A DNA stretch of 64,000 bases. It comes from Sphingobacteriales bacterium (GTDB lineage Bacteria; Bacteroidota; Bacteroidia; Sphingobacteriales; Sphingobacteriaceae). Below the pieces are notes generated by a model. The model worked only from the letters and a program-made list of their open reading frames with translations. It had not been told where the DNA came from and searched no databases. Location: assembly GCA_047632595.1 (NCBI GenBank), contig JBLIDK010000003.1, positions 9,003-73,002 of the forward strand. Direction: 5' to 3'. Below are positions 28,556-37,477 of this stretch, one piece after another (positions within the stretch are counted from its first letter, which is position 1; each line of letters starts with the position of its first letter). Made by a program: the position numbers and the translations under genes.

Positions 28556-29275
28556 TTAGTTTGATTTAAAAAGCCCGTATTTAAGGATGCAATAGATTGC
28601 GCGGAAGCCATCTTTCCACCCTATTTTTTTACCTTCTTCATAGGTTCTTCCATAATATGAAATTCCTACTTCGTAGATTCTAATTTTTGGAATCCGAGAA
28701 ATTTTTGCTGTAACTTCTGGTTCAAAACCGAATCGTTTTTCATTTAGCTTTAACCCTTGAACCAAATCGGTTCTAAAAAGCTTATAACAGGTTTCCATGT
28801 CGCTTAGGTTAAGATTGCTAAATATGTTTGAAAGGATTGTAAGCAATTTATTACCCACTGTGTGCCAGAAAAATAAAATTCTATGCGGGTTACTTCCTTT
28901 AAAACGAGAGCCATAAACTACATCGGCATCGCCAGATAAAACTGGTTTTAATAAATCTTTGTATTCAAATGGGTCGTATTCTAAGTCGGCATCTTGAATA
29001 ATCAAATATTCGCCAGTAGCTTTTGCTATACCAGTATGTAAAGCTGCACCTTTGCCCTTATTTACTTTATGAGAGTGGTATTGAATATTTACATCCGGAT
29101 TGTTTTGGATATAATTTTGAATTACTTCTTCAGTATTATCGCTCGACTTATCGTTTACTATAATTACTTCTTTTTGGATGCTAGCAGGCAAAGTTACTTC
29201 TTTGATCCTATCAAGAATTAAATGAATAGTTGGACCTTCGTTATAGGCAGGAATAATGATGGATAGTAACTTCAT
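28556..29275 (-). CDS. Family 2 glycosyltransferase (polyprenyl-phosphate sugar synthase-like)
   Basis: LSIIIPAYNE, VNDKSSD and IIQDADLEYDP motifs. Length is 239 aa. Confidence 0.85.
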   Translation of the reverse strand: MKLLSIIIPAYNEGPTIHLILDRIKEVTLPASIQKEVIIVNDKSSDNTEEVIQNYIQNNPDVNIQYHSHKVNKGKGAALHTGIAKATGEYLIIQDADLEYDPFEYKDLLKPVLSGDADVVYGSRFKGSNPHRILFFWHTVGNKLLTILSNIFSNLNLSDMETCYKLFRTDLVQGLKLNEKRFGFEPEVTAKISRIPKIRIYEVGISYYGRTYEEGKKIGWKDGFRAIYCILKYGLFKSN

Positions 29276-29469
29276 TAATGCTTTAGTATAGTAGCAAATG
29301 CTAGTTCAAAGCTAAAGAATATTACTAGGAATAGGTGTAATTAATCGTCAAAAATCAGATTTTATTGCAAAGTTAAATTCATGCTGTTGTTATTAGGAAT
29401 TAACAGAAGTAAATTTTAATTGCAAGTAAAGCAACAACAATTCGAAATAACTTACTATTTTAGCCCAAC

Positions 29470-29931
29470 ATGAGTATCGCAAACAAAGAAAAAGAAGAAT
29501 TACGCTTAAATTTAATTTCAACACTTGAAGTTAAATTAGACAAATGCAATTCAGAATTAAAAGAAATTAACCAAATCAAGAAGCTTGATTCGAAAAGCAG
29601 TGCAGGAGATAAGTTTGAGACGAGCGTTGAAATGACTCAACAAGAGGTGAATAAGCACAGTATTCTTAGGGAGAGTCTAGAAAATCAATTGGATGTTTTA
29701 AAAAAACTAGCAGATCGCAAAGTTGAAGACAAGGTGAGCGTAGGGTCTTTAGTTGTTACCAATAATGGGAAATTCTATATTTCTGTTGGAATAGGCGTTG
29801 TTAAAGCTGATACTGGAACTTATTTTGTTATTTCTAGAGAATCTCCTTTGGGAAGTGAATTGATGGGTAAAAGTTCTGGCGATAAACTAAATTTTAATGG
29901 CAGAGATTACAAGATTACAGAACTAGGATAA
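29470..29931 (+). CDS. GreA/GreB C-terminal-domain-like protein
   Basis: Coiled-coil N-terminus. The C-terminus (VSVGSLV...SPLGSELMGKSSGDKLNFNGRDYKITEL) resembles the GreA C-terminal FKBP-like domain. Confidence 0.5.
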   Translation: MSIANKEKEELRLNLISTLEVKLDKCNSELKEINQIKKLDSKSSAGDKFETSVEMTQQEVNKHSILRESLENQLDVLKKLADRKVEDKVSVGSLVVTNNGKFYISVGIGVVKADTGTYFVISRESPLGSELMGKSSGDKLNFNGRDYKITELG

Positions 29932-29979
29932 TTTTGCTTCTTTTAATGCGTAAGAAAGAGATTTTAATTGCTAGCAGTA

Positions 29980-31572
29980 CTACGCGGATTTTGGTGCTAA
30001 TTTAAAAAACTCAATGTAGCTTGGAGGATTTGCTGCAATTCCACGTTCAGAAATTAATTGAATATTTATATTTCGCTCCTTGGCTTTAATAGCAAAATCT
30101 TCTAAAATCTCAACAATATCGTAGTCCATATACCTTGTACTTCGAACGTCTAATTGTAAATTTGAGTCTTTTGGTAAACTTTCAAGTTCGTTAAGAATGG
30201 CTCCTTTATTGAAGAATGTAACTTCCTCAGCAAGTTTCATTTTTATTACCATATCGTCATTTTCATCAATTACTTTATGTAAGAAATGTGAGTTTTGGAA
30301 ACTCTTAAACAAAATCACTACAATTCCAACAGCTAAACCTAACCCAATACCGTAAAGCAAATCAATAAATACAATGCCCAAAACGGTTACGGTAAATGGA
30401 ATAGATTGCTTCCAACCTAACTTATACATTTTTATAAAAAGTCCCGGTTTGGCTAATTTGTAACCCACAACTAATAAAATTGCAGCAAGAACAGATAAAG
30501 GGATCATATTTAAAAAACGTGGTATAATTATTACCGAAATAAGGAGTAAGAAGCCGTGAATAATTGCAGATAACTTTGTGCGACCTCCTGACTGAATGTT
30601 AGCAGAGCTTCTTACAATAACTTGCGTGATTGGTAATCCTCCAATTAAACCAGATAATATGTTTCCTGTGCCCTGCGCTAATAGTTCGCGATTTGTTGGA
30701 GTTACATTTTTATGAGGATCTAGTTTGTCCGTTGCTTCAACACAAAGCAAGGTCTCTAAACTTGCTACAAGAGCAATAGTAAAGGCTACTATCCATATTT
30801 GTGGATTGCTAATTGCATTAAAATTCGGAAAGCTAAATTGACCTATAAATGAAGTAATATCATTAGGTATTGGAACACTCACTAAATGTGATTTTGCAAT
30901 AGTAAATGTCTCATTAGATTTTGTTAGGATATAAAAAACAATACCTAAAACAACTGCAACTAAAGGACCCTGTATTACTTGAAAGAATTTTGATTTTTTA
31001 GTTAAAACTTTTTCCCATAATATTAAGATAGCAAGACCAATTATTCCAATTAATGCAGAACCATACTGAATATAGTTAGTCATTTTGAATAATTCAGTAA
31101 ATGTGTTTTCTCCATCTATTTGAGAAAAGGAAAAATCACCTTGGGGGTCGGCATCATAACCGAAAAAATGTGGTATTTGCTTTAGAATAATGATAATTCC
31201 AATTCCGGTAAGCATTCCTTTAATAACGGATGATGGAAAGTAGTATCCAATAATTCCAGCTTTTAGAATTCCAAAAATCAGCTGAATTACTCCACCCAAA
31301 ACAACGGCCATTAAAAAGTTTTCATAACCTCCTAAAGTGCCAATTGCAGTCAAAACTATTGCAGCAAGTCCAGCAGCGGGACCACTTACACCTATTTTAG
31401 AACCACTTAAAGTTCCAACCAAAATTCCACCAATAATACCAGAAATTAATCCTGAAAATAAGGGTGCTCCGCTAGCTAAAGCTATACCCAAACATAGAGG
31501 TAAGGCTACAAAGAATACTACAACACTAGCTGGAAGATCATTTTTAAGATTAGAGAAAAAAGAATTGTTCAT
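29980..31572 (-). CDS. SulP family anion transporter with a C-terminal STAS domain
   Basis: 530 aa, polytopic. The N-terminus NDLPASVVVFFVALPLCLGIALASGAP is typical of SulP, and the tail is STAS-like. Confidence 0.9.
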   Translation of the reverse strand: MNNSFFSNLKNDLPASVVVFFVALPLCLGIALASGAPLFSGLISGIIGGILVGTLSGSKIGVSGPAAGLAAIVLTAIGTLGGYENFLMAVVLGGVIQLIFGILKAGIIGYYFPSSVIKGMLTGIGIIIILKQIPHFFGYDADPQGDFSFSQIDGENTFTELFKMTNYIQYGSALIGIIGLAILILWEKVLTKKSKFFQVIQGPLVAVVLGIVFYILTKSNETFTIAKSHLVSVPIPNDITSFIGQFSFPNFNAISNPQIWIVAFTIALVASLETLLCVEATDKLDPHKNVTPTNRELLAQGTGNILSGLIGGLPITQVIVRSSANIQSGGRTKLSAIIHGFLLLISVIIIPRFLNMIPLSVLAAILLVVGYKLAKPGLFIKMYKLGWKQSIPFTVTVLGIVFIDLLYGIGLGLAVGIVVILFKSFQNSHFLHKVIDENDDMVIKMKLAEEVTFFNKGAILNELESLPKDSNLQLDVRSTRYMDYDIVEILEDFAIKAKERNINIQLISERGIAANPPSYIEFFKLAPKSA

Positions 31573-31678
31573 GACTTGATGTTTGTTTTTTTATATAAAA
31601 TAAAGGTACAAATGTAAAGAGACTTTCTAAAATGATAGTAATACTACCGTAAAAAATTGTTTTGCTTTTGTATTTTTG

Positions 31679-31693
31679 ATCTATCTAATAGAT
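31679..31693. promoter_or_regulatory. Palindrome ATCTAT-cta-ATAGAT between the SulP and TetR genes
   Basis: 6-bp perfect inverted arms sit 24 nt upstream of the TetR ATG. Confidence 0.25.
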
Positions 31694-31716
31694 GAATAAA
31701 TAAAATCTAGTTATAA

Positions 31717-32391
31717 ATGGGTGTTCAAATAAGAATAACGTTAAACCCTGGCTTGTACTTAAAAGAGCCACAAGAGTCGAAACTGGGTAGAAGTATTATT
31801 CAACATAGTATACTCTTAATTGATGAGTTTGGATTTGAATCTTTCACATTTAAAAAACTTGCGGAGAAAATTGGTTCAACAGAAGCTTCGATTTACAGGT
31901 ATTTTGAGAACAAGCATTTGCTATTAACTTTTTTGGTTAATTGGTATTGGGAGTGGGTGAGTTACTTAATCAACATCAACACAATGAACGTAAGTGATGC
32001 CAAAGTGAAGCTAGATATCATAATACAATCATTTGTTTCAGCACCAAAAGACAATCCTGGAGTTGAATTTGTAAACGAAAGCAAACTGCATAACATAGTT
32101 ATCTCTGAAGGCATGAAAGCATATCATACCAAAGAGGTAGATAACGAAAATTCAAAAGGCTTTTTTCTTAGTTACAAGATGTTAGCGAGTACAGTTTCTC
32201 AGGTTATTTCAGAAATAAAGCCCAATTTCAAGTACCCATTTGCATTAGCAACCACCTTGTTTGAAATGTCAAATAGCCACATTTATTTTGCTAAACATTT
32301 GCCAAGGCTAACGGATATTAGTGTTATAGATGATAATTCTGATGAGGTTGAAATGATGTTGAGTTATTTTACCGAGAAGTTGTTGTCTTGA
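31717..32391 (+). CDS. TetR/AcrR family transcriptional regulator
   Basis: N-terminal HTH region: FESFTFKKLAEKIGSTEASIYRYFENKHLLL. Confidence 0.8.
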   Translation: MGVQIRITLNPGLYLKEPQESKLGRSIIQHSILLIDEFGFESFTFKKLAEKIGSTEASIYRYFENKHLLLTFLVNWYWEWVSYLININTMNVSDAKVKLDIIIQSFVSAPKDNPGVEFVNESKLHNIVISEGMKAYHTKEVDNENSKGFFLSYKMLASTVSQVISEIKPNFKYPFALATTLFEMSNSHIYFAKHLPRLTDISVIDDNSDEVEMMLSYFTEKLLS

Positions 32392-32420
32392 TATTGGAAT
32401 CACTTTTAAATCCAAGAAAC

Positions 32421-32459
32421 GTAAAATAAAAAAAGGATACCTAAAAATAGATATCCTTT
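32421..32459 (-). terminator. Minus-strand rho-independent terminator following the Cys-rich micro-ORF
   Basis: aaaggata/tatccttt forms an 8-bp stem. The T-rich run (ttttattttac) is present only on the minus strand. Confidence 0.6.
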
Positions 32460-32466
32460 AGTGTAT

Positions 32467-32544
32467 TTAGCAACAGCTTGTTGAACTGTTGTTACAATTA
32501 CAGTTACAATTTTGATTGTTGCAACAGCTGTTTTTATTGTTCAT
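32467..32544 (-). CDS. Candidate 25-aa Cys/Asn-rich peptide MNNKNSCCNNQNCNCNCNNSSTSCC
   Basis: I translated it by hand; it is below the 60-aa cutoff of the ORF track. It runs ATG to TAA with 7 Cys in 25 aa. A minus-strand terminator starts 8 nt after the stop. It lies 87 nt downstream of the vWA cargo gene. There is no independent evidence of expression. Confidence 0.3.
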   Translation of the reverse strand: MNNKNSCCNNQNCNCNCNNSSTSCC

Positions 32545-32631
32545 ATCTAAAGTATTTAAATGTTATAATTTAGTAGACGTGTATTTGCTTAAAGGACGCA
32601 ATTAAAACAAACTATTGAGACCTAGGTTACA

Positions 32632-34323
32632 TTACTTTTTAATAAAAGAACCTTGAAGTAGACTCCCATCAGAATCCAAAGCTTTAAAGTGGATTATGCC
32701 AGGAGCATATTGGGTAGTATTAAATTGGTTTTGATTAGAATTTTCAAGTAACTCCAGAAGTCTGCCCGCATTATCATAAAATTCCAATTGCTTTATAGTT
32801 TTATTTTCATCTAAAATAAATTCTATTGATTCTCCTGCTGGATTTGGATAAATTTGTCCACTTTTGGTTTCAATAACTTTTGGTTTAACAGAAACAGCAA
32901 ATCCATTTCCAATTCTTGCTTTCCACCCAGAACGAGTTTCTCTAGAGTCTGAAATAAATCTGAAATTGAGAGCTCCATTTGAATGTGAAGAAGTAATTAC
33001 TTTCCCGATGTATGAATCATTTATTTTACCTACATAACCTTCTGTATAATCATCTCCTTCAGAAATGTATAATTCGTGATATTGACTTAAATCAAACTCC
33101 AAAAATTCAACTGAGACTTTTCTCCTAGAATCTTTTGGATAGAAAATTATATTATAGGTGGTAGATTTTGGATAATTTTCAAACTCACCGCCACCATCAT
33201 AAAAGAAACCATCTGAGATAAAATGGGTTTTATCTTCCATTAAATAATTATACTTTTCTGATAAACTTATTTTAAGGTATTGGAAATTGTCGTTAACTTT
33301 TCCACCAATTGATGTAATAACTACTTCAGATACGTTAGTTATAAGGGCATTTGAAACTGCAGCAAACGTAGCACCTAAATTCTCAGGATTTGAAAGAATA
33401 AAATCGCCACCATTTCGAGCAAAAGTTTTTAATTCAGCGGTGTCTAACACCGTTGCTCCTTCTTGAAGGCCAATAGAGGAAGAAACTATAGGATTAAAAT
33501 TGACTGTTGAAGAAGCTAAATCATTAAAAGCAATGTCATAACTTTCTCCTGCTGCAACACTGCCATAGGCGGAGTCTTCTGAATAGGATTGGTGCGACTC
33601 ATTATCATTTCCATCGGTAAAAGAAACAAGAAATACTTCTTCTAAATCATGAGCGCTTCCTGCCGATTTAAGAAGAAAAACTCCTCGTGAAATTCCGTAA
33701 TGAAAGGCAGTTTTATCCACATTGTTTGTTAGTCCATTTATAAACGACGAAACCGTAGTTAGGTTTTGTGTTAATGGTAGCTCTTGCGTAGGCGTTTCTT
33801 GCTGTGCCGTTTTACCATTAAACCCAACAACTCCCATATATAAATTTAAATCAGTTGAATTGCTTGATTTTTTGAAATCATTGATAAAATCGATTGCATA
33901 ATTTTTCATATTGGTAAACTCACTACCTAGTGAGCTGCTGCAATCAAGTACAAAGACTAACCCAACTTTTTTTCCTATTCCAACGGCTGAGTTACCCTGT
34001 TCAACATCTGGGTTGTACGGGCCATTCGGAGATTTTCTTGAAACGGTAACATTAACTTCGCCAATTGGAATTTTTTCACTCTCAGAATTTGTTAAGTATA
34101 AATCTTTCAACACAAATTCAGATTTAGTATCGGTATTAATAATGCCTAATATTTCATCATTAGTAGCTTCTAAGTGAATTGTACTTGGCTTATCTACGAT
34201 AACAAGTCTTGGGGTGTCTCCACCATTTTCATTAACTAGTTTAACAATTAAGTCGGCTGAAACTTGCGACTTTGAAGTAAGGAAAGAAAGAGGTAGAATA
34301 AGAATTAGTAAAAGACAACGCAT
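32632..34323 (-). CDS. Secreted von Willebrand factor A domain protein with a T9SS type A sorting domain
   Basis: Signal peptide. MIDAS-like VFVLDCSSSLG. A beta-sandwich region follows. The C-terminus has IYPNPAGESIEF. Confidence 0.8.
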   Translation of the reverse strand: MRCLLLILILPLSFLTSKSQVSADLIVKLVNENGGDTPRLVIVDKPSTIHLEATNDEILGIINTDTKSEFVLKDLYLTNSESEKIPIGEVNVTVSRKSPNGPYNPDVEQGNSAVGIGKKVGLVFVLDCSSSLGSEFTNMKNYAIDFINDFKKSSNSTDLNLYMGVVGFNGKTAQQETPTQELPLTQNLTTVSSFINGLTNNVDKTAFHYGISRGVFLLKSAGSAHDLEEVFLVSFTDGNDNESHQSYSEDSAYGSVAAGESYDIAFNDLASSTVNFNPIVSSSIGLQEGATVLDTAELKTFARNGGDFILSNPENLGATFAAVSNALITNVSEVVITSIGGKVNDNFQYLKISLSEKYNYLMEDKTHFISDGFFYDGGGEFENYPKSTTYNIIFYPKDSRRKVSVEFLEFDLSQYHELYISEGDDYTEGYVGKINDSYIGKVITSSHSNGALNFRFISDSRETRSGWKARIGNGFAVSVKPKVIETKSGQIYPNPAGESIEFILDENKTIKQLEFYDNAGRLLELLENSNQNQFNTTQYAPGIIHFKALDSDGSLLQGSFIKK

Positions 34324-34450
34324 GGAGTTAATTTTTTAAGTTAATTCATAAAAGTATGAATTTTACTTTGTTGTGGCAAATGTTGTTTAAATCATCATTT
34401 TTATTTTATTTGTAATGAAGATTTTAACAGCTACACTTCTCTTTATTAGA

Positions 34451-34878
34451 TCAAATGATATTTCCATATTTGTCAGATTCCAACTCACAACATTCAACAA
34501 AAAGGCTATGTAATTTTTTCCTTGCCCTTTGTAAACGATGTTTGGTGCTAGAGTAGTTTAAATTATGCATTTCTGCATAATCCTTTACCGTTTTGTTAGA
34601 CAAAGTGGTATTTAATATCAATTCCTTGTCTTTATCTTCAAGTTGGTTTATAAAGGGCCAAGACATTTGGTAAAACCTTCAAATAAACGGCTCGATTCAT
34701 CAGGTATATCTTCAAGAAATTCGACTTTAACATTGACCATTTTATTCTTTCGATAAAAGTCAATTATGGTATTTCGTGTAACTAGATAAACCCAACTGGC
34801 AATTTTCTGAGTATCATTTAAGGTGTTAATATTTTGATGAATTTTATTTAGGGTGAAATTGCTGAAATTTATAGACCT
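34451..34878 (-). pseudogene. SigZ-like ECF sigma factor remnant, 5'-truncated and frameshifted
   Basis: Frame A (34878..34648) reads FSNFTLNKIHQNINTLNDTQKIASWVYLVTRNTIIDFYRK...KCLGPL*, which is region 2. Frame B (ORF 34451..34666) carries region 4 and the SigZ-type CCELESDKYGNII tail. Frame A has no start codon and has a TGA eight codons upstream of the FSNF residues that begin the recognisable region 2. Confidence 0.6.
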
Positions 34879-34887
34879 TCAATTTAA

Positions 34888-37056
34888 CTAAACAACCAAC
34901 CACCCAATTTCCTTCAATTCTTCTGCAAATTCACCATACCAAAATAATGAAAAGTCTTTTAATCCAAATTCTTCATAATGTTTTTGTAATTCTGAATAAC
35001 TCATAGCTTTAGAATCAGATGAGCATTTACTTAATGTATTAACTAGGCATTTACCCAATTTGGTTTCACACTCGAGTTCTAAGGTTTCGTTCAATGTATA
35101 AATGCTAAGACTTTTAGTTTTTTCTACATATTCAACAGGGCCACCTATCCATAAAATAGTGTGCGAAGCTTTCACTTCTCGCCAAGAATTCTGATTAGAT
35201 AAGTGATTTTTTATCAGATTAGGCTTTACTGTTGTTTTTGGAACCTTATGCTCAAACCATCGCTGTAGCGGATAATCAAAACAAATTCCATGCATGTAGT
35301 TGTATAACGATTTTTCCAATCCAGTTGAAAATAATCCGTGTTTAGCTCCAGTAGGATCTAAATGTTCTAAATCATTGTTAGCAAAAGCGCCTAGTTCTGT
35401 ATTTACAGCTTCTACCTTAAATGCTTTCGGGTCAATACCAACAGGACTATGGGCTGTCATTGCAAAACGGTGCCAAAACGCCGATTGTAAAATACCGTTT
35501 TCGAACATTTGGCGAACAATTTCTAATGAATCGATTGTTTCTTGAGCTGTTTGAGTTGGAAAACCATACATCAAATAGGCATGAACCATTATACCAGCTC
35601 GATTAAAATTATCGTTAACTAATGCCACCTGCTCAATAGTCACTCCTTTTGCAATTAGTGTTAGAAGCCGGTCAGATGCGACTTCTAATCCGCCAGAAAT
35701 AGCAATACAACCAGAGGCTGCTAGCAATCGACAAAGGTCATAAGTAAAGCTTTTTTCGAAGCGAATGTTTGCCCACCAACTTACATTGAGTTTGCGCTTT
35801 AAAATTTCAATGGAAATAGCTTTCATTAATGCCGGAGGTGCTGCTTCATCCACAAAATGAAAACCTGTTTCACCTGTTTCCTCAATAAGCTCTTCCATTC
35901 TGTCTACCAATAATTGTGCGGATGAGGCTTCGTAGTTTTTAATATAGTCTAGAGATATATCACAGAAAGTGCATTTGCCCCAGTAGCAACCGTGAGCCAT
36001 GGTTAGCTTATTCCAACGTCCATCGCTCCAAAGGCGGTGCATTGGATTTGTAAGTTGAATTACACTTAAATATTTCCTTAGTGGTAGGTCTGAATAATCG
36101 GGTGTGCCAACTTTTTCTTGTGTAATATCTGGGAGCAAAGAACCATTGTGATAGCAAACCTTTCCTTCACTTAAAGTAAAAGTTCGTTTTAATTGAGTCA
36201 CTTCAATTTTGCCATCCAAATGTTTTAACAATTCAAGAATTGGACGTTCACCATCGTCTAAAGTAATAAAGTCCACATACTCAAAAACACGTTTTTCTGT
36301 GAGTGAGCGCAATTCTGTATTGGGATAGCCACCACCCATGGCAATTTTAATTGTTGGATGGTGTATTTTCAAGTATTGGGCACACTTTAAAGCAGAAAAG
36401 AGATTGCCAGGAAAAGGAACGGAAAAGCAAACAATGGTTGGCTTTGTTTTTGCAATTTGATCTTCAAGAATCTCTAACATTATTTCAGAAATGTAGGAGT
36501 TTTCATGATTCAACTCTTTGTGCAAGGTATCAAAAGAATTAGCTGCAATTCCCAAACGTTCTGCATATCGGCTAAAGCCAAAATGGGGGTCAATTAGTTC
36601 AACTATGTAATCACTAATGTCTTCTAGATAAAGCGTAGCAATGTGCCGGCTTTGATCTCTCGTACCCATAGTTCCAAATGCCCATTCAAGGTCTTCTAGT
36701 TGTTCAAATTTACTTGCTTCTGGCAGGTAATTTCGTTGTGAAATAAAATGCCCTAATGTTACATCTTGATCTTGCAAAAAATAAATTACTGCATCAATTG
36801 TTGCAATATATTTATCGCGTAAAGCATAAATACGTTGGGCATTTTCTGATGCCTTAGATAATTTGGGTGTACTTAATTCGAATAGTTGTGTTAGACCTTT
36901 TTTCGAGAAAATCTCCAAAATAGTTTCCATACCAAGATCTAATTGAGTGCTTGGAATATTTTGGGTTTTTAAAAACCCTTTTAAATAAGCTGTAGCCGGG
37001 TAGGGGGTGTTAAGCTGGGTAAATGGCGGACAGATTAATAGGATTTTTTGGCTCAC
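34888..37056 (-). CDS. Radical SAM protein with an N-terminal B12-binding-like domain and a long C-terminal extension
   Basis: The cluster motif is HGCYWGKCTFCD, which I verified on the DNA. The N-terminus is ILLICPPF...PYPATAYLKGFL. A Rossmann-like segment IVCFSVPFPG...IAMGGGYP follows. Length is 722 aa. Confidence 0.8.
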   Translation of the reverse strand: MSQKILLICPPFTQLNTPYPATAYLKGFLKTQNIPSTQLDLGMETILEIFSKKGLTQLFELSTPKLSKASENAQRIYALRDKYIATIDAVIYFLQDQDVTLGHFISQRNYLPEASKFEQLEDLEWAFGTMGTRDQSRHIATLYLEDISDYIVELIDPHFGFSRYAERLGIAANSFDTLHKELNHENSYISEIMLEILEDQIAKTKPTIVCFSVPFPGNLFSALKCAQYLKIHHPTIKIAMGGGYPNTELRSLTEKRVFEYVDFITLDDGERPILELLKHLDGKIEVTQLKRTFTLSEGKVCYHNGSLLPDITQEKVGTPDYSDLPLRKYLSVIQLTNPMHRLWSDGRWNKLTMAHGCYWGKCTFCDISLDYIKNYEASSAQLLVDRMEELIEETGETGFHFVDEAAPPALMKAISIEILKRKLNVSWWANIRFEKSFTYDLCRLLAASGCIAISGGLEVASDRLLTLIAKGVTIEQVALVNDNFNRAGIMVHAYLMYGFPTQTAQETIDSLEIVRQMFENGILQSAFWHRFAMTAHSPVGIDPKAFKVEAVNTELGAFANNDLEHLDPTGAKHGLFSTGLEKSLYNYMHGICFDYPLQRWFEHKVPKTTVKPNLIKNHLSNQNSWREVKASHTILWIGGPVEYVEKTKSLSIYTLNETLELECETKLGKCLVNTLSKCSSDSKAMSYSELQKHYEEFGLKDFSLFWYGEFAEELKEIGWLVV

Positions 37057-37132
37057 AAACGGTCAATTTGCTCTAAATATACTGAAGATTGATTATTTCT
37101 GGGGTCATTGCTCTAAATGAGATAAGAAAACT

Positions 37133-37468
37133 TTAAGAAATGGATTTTAACCAATTCGAAAATAATATTGTATCAATATCACTTTTCGACTTAATTTTAA
37201 TGTGCTTGAGAGTATTGCCTTCCCCTTCTAATTTAGAATCTGGGTCTTCAATTTTATCAATGTTATAAAAACCTAAGGTGAGGTGTTTTTTAGAATATCG
37301 TAAGTAGCAATAATCTTTTTCTTTAGCAAAAACGGGCATTTTCCACTTGATGGCCTCTGTAGTTCCTGGAACACTTTGATGAATTAATTATCGAACTTCC
37401 TCTAACAACTCAATTTTTTCAGGAGTTGCTCCAACTATATAATCGCTTACTTTTTGGTCAAAATTAAT
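37133..37468 (-). pseudogene. DUF1801 (YdhG-like) gene with an in-frame TAA and no canonical start
   Basis: The minus-strand reading is INFDQKVSDYIVGATPEKIELLEEVR*LIHQSVPGTTEAIKWKMPVFAKEKDYCYL... The stop is at 37388..37390, in frame with ORF 37133..37339. Confidence 0.6.
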
Positions 37469-37477
37469 TTAGAGTTG

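Noticed and set aside
32467-37056. Calling the Cys-rich micro-ORF plus the radical SAM gene a lanthipeptide/sactipeptide (RiPP) cluster
   Set aside because: I see no LanB/LanC/LanM-like or SPASM-domain protein, no peptidase/ABC exporter, and no leader-like region in the peptide. A pseudogene and a 1.7-kb cargo gene separate the two. I kept them as separate low-confidence observations and did not call a cluster.
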